Part shown: positions 22,527 through 34,500 of the stretch, piece by piece
Layout of the letters: each line of letters begins with the position of its first letter
Numbering within the stretch: the first letter of the stretch is position 1
Assembly (NCBI GenBank): GCA_044892525.1
Contig: CM097886.1
Coordinates: 2,790,001 to 2,854,000 of the forward strand
DNA length: 64,000 nt
Origin: Schmidtea polychroa
Lineage: Eukaryota
Reading direction: 5' to 3'
Program-made: the position numbers and the translations under genes
The notes under the pieces: model-generated
Seen by the model: only the letters and a program-made list of their open reading frames with translations
Database searches by the model: none
Told to the model about the DNA's origin: nothing

Positions 22527-25500
22527 ATTTGTCTCTATTTCTTTGTTAGTGAAAGGTAGGCATACCCTCTGTTTTCCATTATTCGATTTTTCCTCCTCTT
22601 TGGTCTTAGTTCCCGGGCTGTTTCCCTCTCTTTTCGTATCCGAATCCTTGTTTTCCGGTTTACCCTCCTCCGGTTCTCTTTTCTCTTTGTCCTCCTTTCG
22701 GCCTTTTCCGTTATTGTCATCGTGTTTATCTCCCCCGCTGTCGTTTAAAATGTCGTCCTCGACATTTATATCGTTCAATAATCTGCGATATGCTGTTAGC
22801 ACTCTGTTTCTTGCTAATTTTGCTTCGAATTCAAACTCTTTTCTACCCGTTGCAGCATGTCTCTTTCTATTCCATTCTTTAACTAACTCTCTCAATTGCA
22901 TACGACGATGTTTCCCAATTCGTTGTTGCTCGTTCTGATTTTGCGTGAATTTTAGGTCTTCTCTATTTAATACTATTAAAATAATTTTAGGCGTCCCCCC
23001 CTTAGTTAGGGTATTCTTTACCATCGCATTTTCTCCGTTTTCGTAGAATTCGTTTACATTTATCGCATATTTATTATTTTGTGGTACTCTCCAGGTTAAT
23101 AATAATTTCATTGCTTCTAGATTTTTCCGTACCGTATTCCATTGAAACTGAGATGTGTTTTTGCACATATTTTCAACTTCTTCTTTTGTCGCATTTTTGC
23201 AAATAAATCTGATCATTTCTAAGTTTGGCTGTATGGTTGCCCAGTCCAAGGTGGAATTTCCTTCATTGGACTTTTCGTCTAGTTTCGATCCTGATTGATG
23301 TAGGATGTGGAGTGTTTTTGGGTGTATTTTCGTTATAGCTGCATACATCATGGCGGTTTCACCTTGTTCATTTTTCGTGTTGGTTTCCTCGCCCATCTCT
23401 CCAAGGATTCTCACGATCGTTATTGCTCTATTTTCTTTCGCCGCTAGTATTGCTTGTTGTAGGGGTGTTCTGGAATCCTTCGTTACCATCGTAAATGCTC
23501 GAGGCAAGAAGGTTTTGATTTTCCCGATATCCAAATCCGTGGTTTGATCTCTTGCGTATGTGTGTACGGCTTTTATTATTTTGGACAATATTATGTCGTC
23601 TGGCAGCTCTAGCATTTCCTCAAAGAACACTTCTTTTGCTTTGCGTATTATTGCCTCTTGATCTATACTCATTGATTTGGTTTTGATGACGTTGTTTGTG
23701 ACCGTTTGGTTCGTTGTTGACTTTGATTCCCTGGATTTCTCATACCTTATTTTCGTTTTCTTTCCGTTTGGATTATTGATTCGTTCCTCTGCTGTAAGTA
23801 TTTGGATAATATCCAGGTAATTCTCGCGGATGTTATTCATTGTGTCCATCATATATAACACACTTACCGTTTCCCAATATTTATTTCGTACTTGGTTAGT
23901 AAATTGGAATAGTGATTTTTCGAATGTGTCGATTCGCTTTTTTGTTAACTGTTCGTCTTTGTGATTTGTGAAATTTATTCCTCGTTCTAGTAATTGATTC
24001 GGAATTTCGAATAAATGATGTCCTTTCATAGCTTCTCTCATCAGCGTGTTCTCTCCTCTCGTGAACGCTTCGTTTACGTTGATCATATAATCGTTTTGAA
24101 TTGGATTTCTCCATGTAATTAATATTCCGGTAATTGTCGTCAGTTTTTCTTTGATCGCTGTTAACAATCCATCATACATGTTTCCGACTTCCCGATTGTC
24201 CTCATATGATAGTAGTTCCATCAATGACGTGAACGCCTCGGTACTTCTCCCTTCGATGGCATGATGTAGAGCGTTTTTCCGCTCGTGGTCTTGTGTAGTT
24301 ATTTTCGATCCGGTATCGAGTAATGCGGTTATAATGTCTTTTGTTTTGCCTCTGTTTGCGGCTATCATTAATGGTGTGTAACCTTGGTTGTTTGTTTGTT
24401 CTGTTGATCGCTTGCAGTCGTGAAATGCTTCTATTGTTTCTAGTATTTGCTCGTTGTTACCTACTTTCATGAGTTTGTGTAATGGTGTGTCTCCGTAATG
24501 ATCTGTTATTGTAAATAATATTGGCCATTGGCTTTTGACTACTCGCAATAATGGGTGTGTCCTTTCTCTATTTGCATAGTTCTCGATCATCGTCAATAAT
24601 CCTCCTAATATTTCGAAATCTAATCGATCTTTTGCCCATCCAGGTATTTTAATTTTTACCTCCTTTACAATCTTTTCCGCTTCTGATGGTTGGATACCTA
24701 ATCGTCCAGTGATTGGTTCTGCGAGTTGTTGCATCATGTTCATTCGGTAGGTTTGCGAACGTGTGGTTAATGTACGGCCTTCTGGTTGACTAGTGGCTGT
24801 TTTTGGAATTGATTTGCATCGTGCCACGTTTACGTATATTGGTCTGGTAAAGGGGTTATTTACCAATTTCACTCTTACATTAGTTTCGCCTACGAATAAG
24901 ATCTCATATGGTCCTTTTCCGTTGCGTTGTAACTTTTTTGTGGTTCCTGGAATTAATTCCGGGGTTTCTATCATTACCCAATCACCTGTTTGGAACGTAT
25001 GTTGCTTCACGTTTTTCTTTCGATCGTGTAAATCTTTATAACTTTCCTGGTAGAACTTGATATTTAATCCCGCAGTTTCCCAAATTTCTTGCATTCTTTC
25101 CTTGAATTTCGTAACATAATCATCGATCTCCATATACTGCGATATCGGTGGTTGGTATTCCAGGTCCATTGGCATATTACATTCTCTTCCGTACATTAAT
25201 TTGAATGGGCTCATTTTCGTTGATGCGTGAATCGACATTCTGTACGCCATAAGACATAGGTTTATATATTCATCCCAATCTCGTTGGTGACGGTCAACGT
25301 AGTTTGATAACATTTGTATAAGTGTTCCATTAAATCTTTCCGTCATCCCATTGGTTTGAGGGTGGTATGGAGATGTTCTTAGTTTTGCTATTTTGAAGTA
25401 ATTTGTTACTTCGCTCATTATCTCACTCATAAAATTAGTTCCCTGATCGGTTAAGATTTGTTTTGGTGTTCCATATCGGCAACATATCTCTTCTACCAAA

Positions 25501-28500
25501 ATTTTTGCGATTGTTTTAGCTTTTTGGTCTGGCATCGCGAATGCTTCTGGGAATTTCGTAAGAAAGTCTGTGATCACTAGAATGTAAACGTTTCCTTTAT
25601 CTGACTCTGGTAGTGGACCAACTACGTCCATGGATATCATTGTCATTGGTTCTATTGGTACTGGCATTGGTGTTAAAGGTGCTTTCCATTTCGATCCAGT
25701 ATTCTTCCTGGTTGCACAAGTTAGACAATTTTTTACCCATTCAGTTACATCTTCAGTTAACGTAGGCCAAAAATATTTCTGTTTCATTCTTGCTAACGTC
25801 TTTTTCGATGACATATGTCCTCCCAATCTCCCATCGTGATATTGCGTTAGTAACTCTTTTCGTCGGTTTTCCGGTATACACATTAATCGTTTTTCCCCAT
25901 CCATTATCAGCAACCAATCTTTCTCTATAATATATCGGTGTCGGTGTTTATCCATATGTTCTTTTAATTTTTGGTCTTTCGCATATACCTCTGTCTTTCC
26001 GGTTTTTACATAATCGATAATTTGTTTTAATTCCGCGTCCTCTTGTTGGTCCTTTCGTAATTGACAGAAATCCAAATCTTCCGCTACTATTAAGCATATG
26101 CGTTGCATTTCTGGATCCACCAAATCTGGGAAAATAAATCTTGACATACAATCGGCGTTGGCATTTGCTCTTCCCGCTTTAAATTTTATAAATGGGGAGT
26201 ATTCTTGCAATTGCATGGCCCATCTCATCAGTCTACTGGACGCTTCTTTATGTTGCCCTAACCACACTAATGGTTGATGGTCTGTGGTTATGCATATCTC
26301 ATGTCCCCATAGTAAATATCGGAAGTGTTTGATAGCTTGTATTATAGCCAATGCTTCTCGTTCTGTTACCGAATAGTTCTTTTCGTGCTTTTTGAATGTT
26401 CGACTGTAATACCCGATTACTCTCTCTTTTCCCTCATCGTCCAATTGTCCCAGAATCGCGCCTGCCGCGTACCCGCTTGCATCCGTTGCCAATAGAAATG
26501 GCTTCTTAAAATCTGGGTGTACGAGGATAGGTGCTTCGATTAGTTTGTCTCTCAGCGTTTCAAACGCCTCTTGTTGTTCCTTCCCCCATAAGAACGAAAT
26601 GTCCTTCTTTACTAGTTCCTGGATTGGTTTTGCAATTCCTGCATAATTTTTGATAAATTTGCGATAGTATCCGCATAATCCTAGAAATTCCTGAACTTGG
26701 GTGACAGTTTTCGGTGCTGGACATGTTTTTATTTTCTCAATGTTTCTTGGATCTGGCTCCTTTCCTTTAGCTGACACTATGTGTCCTAAAAACGTGACTT
26801 TTTCCTTTGCCCAATCGCATTTTGATGGTTTGAGTTTGAGTTTCCACTGTCTTAATCTAATAAATACGTTTCGGATATCTTCTAGATGTTGTTCAAATGT
26901 CGCTGAATAGATTAGTAAATCATCAATATATACCATACATTGTTTGATTCCATGGGTGACAAAGTTCATACACCGTTGAAATGATGCTGGTGCGTTAGTC
27001 AGTCCAAATGGCATTTTCCTGAATTGATATAGATCTCGTCCCAACGTGAAAGCTGTTTTCTCTTTGTCCTCATCTTTGACTTTAATCTGCCAGTATCCAC
27101 TTTTTAGATCTAGAGAAGTAAAATATGCTGCCCCTTGCAACATCAATAACATCTCATTGATGTCCGGCAATGGATAGGTATCTCTCTTGGTCACTGCGTT
27201 TAACTTCCGATAATCGATACAGAATCGTTGGGTGCCATCTTTCTTTTTCACCATGACCACTGGGAATTGCCAAGGTGAGCAACTTGGTTCGATTACTTTT
27301 GCGTCTAGCATCTTTTGTACTTCTGTTTCGGCTATTTCTTTCTGCATTTCTGCTAGCTTGTATGGTCTCAATGCAATTGGGGTTTCGTCTATGAGTGGTA
27401 TTGCATGTAAGGTAACATCACATGTACCCAAGTCTAAATCTGAGATGGCGAATATATCTTTATATTCTACCAACAATCGGTGCAATTTTTTCTTTTCATC
27501 ATTCGTCAACAACATACTATCTATTGTCCATAATTCATCATCTTTGATCATCTCGTTGGTCACTTTCGGTAATTCTATGTCCATCATTGGGGTCAATCTT
27601 CCCAATTTTTCGTTCTCATAAATGATTTTGTCTTCCTCTTCGAAATTCGTGATGTTGAGCGGTATCACTCCTTCTTGGTTTATTGTGATTATTTCTCTTG
27701 CGAGTGGTAATTCTCGTCGCTTTTCGAATGACTTGCTTGGTTCAAAGATAACTTCTCCTTCCATACCCGTATCCACTTTTATCTGACAAATCATCTGCGA
27801 TTTTGCTGGTACTATTATTTTTTCTGGACATCTGATGACTGCATTCATTTTGCATATTCTACCGGTTTTGTCTTTTAAACACATGGTTGTTAAGTCAATT
27901 ACGACTTCTTTTAACAATTCTGGCATCAAATCCGTTCCGATTATGCATGGTACGCTAAGTTTTGGTATTACTGCCAAATACGTTTCAATTTCGTTGTCCT
28001 GGTATCTCAATGTAGTCCACCATCTTCCGACCACGTCCACTGTTTCTTTACTACATGCTATGATGTGAATTGTTGTTGATTCGATATCTTTCCAGTGTTT
28101 ACTGGGAATTTGATTAATCGCTATCGCTGATACATTAGCTCCTGTGTCTATCATAGCATTGGTTTCTTGACCATTGATTTGGATCATGACTGTCACTGCT
28201 GGACCTCCAGGTAAACTCATCGCTGCTATTGTTCTTACGTCATCTGCTTGATCTACACTTTTGGTACGTCGTGTTGGCATATAATGCATACCGGGTTGAC
28301 TCGGTAATTGCGGATACATATTTTGTGTCATGGTCAAAGCTGTTTGTGGTCCCACGATATCCGGTGGTATATAGCTTCCATTGGCGATCCAGGTGTTTGT
28401 CTTTTCCTTTTCCCAATATGGTGCCGTTTCCATTGGTTTTTCGTTTGGGTTTCTGTTTGGATAAAGACATTTATCGTTCCCGTTATCATCGTCGTCACTA

Positions 28501-31500
28501 TCGCTGTTAGATGATTGGCTTCTAAATCGGTCCAAGAATTTTGGCTTATTCTTTTTCAATTGTCGTCTTGTTGCTTCATCGTACATTACTTTCCGGAATC
28601 GTCTGCCTACTTCTTCGTCGGTTCCTTTAATCTTTGTTAATATTTTTATCAATCGCTTTATCCGATGGATGTCTTTTGAGTGGCCATGTAATACCATGGT
28701 TTTAGCTAAAAATGGTAAGAAGCCTACTATCATTTTCCAGTTAACTTTCTTTTCCCGCTTGTATATATCGAAACAAGCTAACATTTGTGTTAGTATTACT
28801 CTGACTATCTGAATTATGAGTATGATCCCTAATATCCCGGCCATCATTTGTCCGAAAACTAAGAATCTTCCCCACATTGCTTTCATCATGTTTGACGTAG
28901 CTTGTTGAAAATGGTCTGGCGATAATAGCAGCTCGTAATTCGGGCCTGATTGATAGTTTGTGCCCCCAGTTATTGTTACCATATTAGACAAAATGGATTC
29001 TCGTCTGGCTGGGAAGAGTACGTTAAGTCGTGCTGTTTCTAGATCTTCTGGGGAATACATACCACCGTTTGACACGTCTATAGGTTTGAAATCCAGCTCT
29101 GTGGCGAGTTCTATTAATCCAAATTTCTTGGGCTCCTCGGATATGGTTTTTCCCGGTAACATCATCCATTTCCCATCGGGCCTTTCATATAAAGGTCCGT
29201 ATGCATTAGAACAGTTAAAGAGATTTGGGTAGAAACCCACTGGATTCATAATTCTAGTGACTGGTTGGACGAATCGATTTTGTCCTTTATAACGAATTTC
29301 TAATTCATTTGCACATCTCTTTTCGGGTAGTATGGATTTTTCTGGCATTCGTGCATACGTCTTGGTACACTGGTATGTGTACATCACTTCTCCTACCATT
29401 CTACCAAAGTGTCCATCTGGTAATGGGAGTGATGGCATCGTGTTATCGGGGTGCGTTATCGCAATAGCTAGCTTTGTTTTCAATATTTCTTTATTCAATG
29501 AACAATCGTTTTGTATCAGATCGTAATATACTTTTTGCAAGGTCGTTTGTCCACGATGAAATAGAAAATCCATTTTATTATTTGCATATAAGTATAGTTT
29601 TACGTCCTCCGTTGCTATCTTTCCCACTGCTCTATCGATTATTTGTCTCGACATGTAGATACCTGCGTAATTGGTTTTATATACTATACTGTCACATTTG
29701 GTGGTTTCTTTCTCTTTGATAAATCTCATACCTAGATCTGGATCGTCTGTGATTAATGCTGTTGGTGTCTTCTGCGTTGAAAGTCTCTTTTCTCTGGGAG
29801 ATGGTGGCATTGGTTTTCCATTTCGCATTCTCACTCTGTCGTTTCCATCCTCGTCGTTCTCGTTCTCATATATTTCTCCTTTTACTTCATTGAACAAAGC
29901 ACTTTTTAACAGTTGGAGTCGGCATTTTTGGGTATTAGCTTCATAGATTATAGTTGATACTCCTGTCCTACATACGTTTTCTGTAGCTTTACACGTTGGG
30001 TTGGTCTTCATTTGATAATTATTTGCGTCAAATTGCGCTTCGTATTCTTTTAATTCAACCGTGTAAGACTCGATCACTACGACTCCCGATATTACCTCGC
30101 CTCGGATCGTATACGTACCTCCGTTACATGACCCATCTGATGATTTTACTTTTCCGGATACGTAAACACTTTCGGTTTTAATCATTCCAGTTTGTCCGTG
30201 AATCGTCACTCCGTTATGCATTTTTAGCGCTCCGGTTCTAAATAGCTCTTTACAATCCTCTCGTTGTATTGATACGATTTCTTTATCCAGACCAGGTAGT
30301 ATAAGAGTCGAATACGAATATTGTCCACAGTAATATGCGAGTACCTTTTTTGATACCACGCATTCCCTTGCTTGCGTTCTGATGAAATCTGATTCTTGAT
30401 ATACATGGTAAGTAACTTTTGTTCTCACGATGTCCAATTTGTTGGGTGAGGCTTGTCTGCATTCTTCTATGTCTCTCAACGAGTATTTGTCTCTCATTAT
30501 CATATTATCACAATCGTAGATGGTAAAACCTGTTGCTCCACTTGTGCACAACATCCATATCATCATAGTCATCATTAACGAATTTATCGATGCTTTTCGG
30601 CTTGCTGGGTCTTTCATGGGTAGTTCCCATTCTAGTTCATTCAACAACTTCTTCAATCTAACTTGCATCGACCTTTCTTGCTCATTTTTTCGTGGCGCTT
30701 GTATAAGTCTTTTCCATCCTCCGGCACGAATAATATGTGGTTCAATAGTATTCTCTATGATTGAAACGGTCATTTCCACATGATTTGCAAACTGTTTATT
30801 TGGTATTTTCCTCGCAGCTAGTCCCATCAAATTATACATCAAATAAGTGATTACCACTAGGTGATGCTCGTCATCATTTGCATTTGTCGTGAGCTGCTCA
30901 ATCACTCTCTTTGTTTCGTCCCAATCCGTTTTGGTGGTTTTCGTTTTCTCTTTGATTAACTTTGGGATTATCCCCGAAACGATGTGCCATAATTGTCTAG
31001 CTTCCGTACTGGCTACTTTCCGTTGCCACAAACGTCTAAGTTGTGGGTTTGTTATTATTAACATATCTTTGATCAATTCTCGTATCCATTTTTCTCCTCT
31101 TTCGATCGTTGGTTGGGCTTCCTTTAGATCCCATACTATTTTATCCAATTTTTCTAATCGAACTTGCCCTTGTTCTTGCTTTAATTGTTCTTTGGTTTTG
31201 AACTCAGACTTTTCTCCTTGTTTCTTAGGTCTTCCTTTTGCCCGTTTTTCCATCATCGTTCCGGCTTCTCTGGTATTTTCGTAATTCGGATTTCTTTCGT
31301 TATCCGTTCTGGGTAATGAGCTATCGTTATTTCTTAGCCACTCATTCCATTCGTCTATTATTTTATCGGTTTGACCTTCTGGTGTTACTTTCGTTGGTTC
31401 TCTTTGCTTCTGGAATTGTTCATCCGTTTCGGTTTCCGTAGTATTGTCGATGATTTCTTTGCTGTTCAGTTTCGTTGGTTGTTGATAACTCGTTGATGGC

Positions 31501-34500
31501 TGGTTATTAGTCCACATTTCGGCTCCTGTCGGCCATCTCACTAATAGCGGTGATCTTTCTCCTGGTTCATCGTCACTATCTTCCAGGATTATCTCTTCAA
31601 CTTCTTCAGTTTCATTAGATTTACTTGGTGCTTTGTTCGGACTTGGAGTACTCAAACTGCCTTTTGTTGGTTTAATAATTTTACTTTTCCTTTTTAACGG
31701 TTTTCCCAACGTTTCTGCCATTGTTAACACATTTGTCTCTTCCAATCTCATGGGTGTTATCCCGACGTCTGCATTATCGTCTAGTGATTTTCCGAACAGT
31801 TGCAGATGGAATGGAGTTTCATATGCTAATTTCTTTTTTAATTCTCTAATTTTTGTTGTTGGATGCACCTCTAGTTCCTCGATGCTCTTGTCCGGATACT
31901 TGATTCGGATGTGATACCTCTCCTGAGTGTCTTGTGCCCATTCCTGATTTCTCCATTTTCGAATAATTTGTTCTAGCTGTTCTGGATACCATTCATTATA
32001 TTGCCGGTATTCCTCTATTGCCTTTGCCATTCCTCTCAGATTGTGGATGTTCTCTGATGTCTTTAAGATGATGTTAGCCAACGCTACTACTTGGCGTTTT
32101 TGATTTTTCGCTCCCATTGCTAAGATATCGCCTAATTGTTTATATCTTTCTGTCTCTTCTCGTTCTCTTGCTTCCGTCGCTTCCTCGCCGTCCATATCAG
32201 CATATTCACGTTCCTTTTTCCTCATTGCATGAATATGTCTCGCTTCATTTTCGCTTTCTGATGTGACATCCGTCTCGCTTTCGTCATCTGATGTCTGTCC
32301 CCTTGCTTCCTCTTCATATTCTGGGGGTTCCTCTTCTTCTTCCTCCGATTCACTTTCTGTCTCACCAATGTCTGTTTCTACGAAGATTCCTTTCCGGATT
32401 TCCCATTCCTTACTTTCTGCATTCCACACTCTTTCCCATGGGGTTCGTCTGCAGGATCTGGTATTTAATTTCGTGATTTTTCCTTGTAGCTCTTTTTCTT
32501 TTAACCATTGTTGGTGGATTTCAATTATTTCTGTCGATTTTTGATACAACGTTTTCATCCGGTCTCGTATTTCTTTTTGATATGTTACATCTCTTGTTCG
32601 GAATTCATCCATTGGTACTATCCTGATTATCTGATGATTGTCCCACATACCCATTTCGCTTAACGAGGTGTCGTCCTCCGCTCGTAATATTATCTTATCG
32701 TACATCATGACTACATCATCCACCATACCATCACTACTTTCGCTACGTACCTTTTCCGTTATCTCTTGGTTTATTTTTGATACCAAGTCATCCACTGTAC
32801 TCTGATTGCTCATTCTTATTCGTCGTTTTTCTTCGTTCGGTAACCATATGGTTATTTCCAACCTCTGTGGCTGGGTTTCTTTTAACCTTCCATATTTGTG
32901 GATCAAATTTATGGTTCTCCAATCACTCATTCGGAGCATTTCTGTATCTCGCAACCGGCTCATTAGTTCGTACATGGCTGGGGCTCGTCTGGTGATGAGT
33001 AAATCCCAGTTGTCTTCTACTTGTTCTTGAATTTGTTTGATCAGCTTATCCAGGTTTCGTCTCAGAGTACATTGTTTTATTTGTTCTAATTTCAATTTGA
33101 TATTAAAATCATATTCTGCCTTGGCATCTTTAGCCCAATCGTAAAGGTGGGCTGGTTGTTTTTCTTTATGCAACTTCAGTATTTGCGTTTCTCCTGGCCA
33201 TATTAGTGCATCTACTAAGTGCATATCTGGTTTGATCCGTCCTCCTTGGTATTGATACAGATATTCTTTCTTTCTCGAACTTCCCAAATGTTCTCGTATC
33301 CAATCGAAAAGTTCGTCGGTGACTGTATTTTTTATCCACATTCTTTCAAGTCCTCTACTCGTTCCAATTTTTATTACATACCGCGTGGTATCGGCCTGCT
33401 TCATTTTTTCCATATAGTTTTTTATAATTGGTTTTTCCTCGTTTGGTATTAGATCTTTCTCGTTTCTTTCCAATTTCATCACTTTTTGCACGAATCGCCT
33501 GAATGGTATTACGTCGATGAACTCTTGGTTCCTCACTACTACTGGGAGTATTTCGGCTACCTGTTTTATCGCTTCCTCCCTTGCTTTTCTCAACTTTATT
33601 TCGATATCTTCGTCTTCACTTTCGCTGGTTATCTCGTTTCCGCTTTCTTCCTCTTTGATTTCCCCTTTTGAGGGTTCGCTTATTTCATTCGGCTGTAGTA
33701 TTTCTCCACCCAAACTACTTACATAATCTTCTTCTTCGTCTGACGATGCTACATCTTTTGTCCTTTTCATCATATTGATTTGCAAGTTTCTCATCCTTGG
33801 TACTCTCTTTAGTTTCTTTCTTTCGAATATTGTTGTTTCTTCTGATTCTGATTCTTGTAGCATTTGGTGATTTAGTTGACTGGTTTGTTCCTCGCTCTTG
33901 TTATTTTCATCTTCTGTCTCAGTTTTCGCTTTATTATGTTCTTTTTCGATTTTATCCTTTATCTTTTTCCAGAATATTTTCTGAATTCTCTGGTTTCCCT
34001 TTGAAATCGTGGTTGAATTCTCTGTTTTCATTTCCGTTGTTATTTCCTTTACTTTTTCTGGTTCAGTCATGGGTACTACCCTTGGGCTTTTCCCGTAATT
34101 GTAGCAATACTGGCTCTTCATGTCTTTTACTAACTTCATCATATTTATTCGCAATGGTTGTTCTTGTCGTTGTTGGTTGCGTTCTTGTTTTATCCTCTCT
34201 TCCTCGGCCTGTAGCCTTTGCCATTCTTGTACATGTTGATGCACTTCATAATTGTTGAGATTTTCGGTACTCCTCATCATACGTATATTCTGGGTTTGTT
34301 GTGGTGCTGATTCTTGTCTTGGTCTCATCATTTGTTGCATCATCTGTTTCATCTGCGAAATTTCCTGCATAACGTTCATTTGTTTTCCTTCGTTAGGGTT
34401 ACTTTGTCGTTGCGGATTCGCTATATAATTATTATTTCGCTGTGGTGGTCGTTGTTGTTGGCCCCTTTCTCGGCAATCTCTGGAGATGTGACCTGGCTGA

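Noticed and set aside
27600-27830. Functional dUTPase between PR and RT
   Set aside because: The five catalytic dUTPase motifs are not recognisable; treated as a degenerate spacer.
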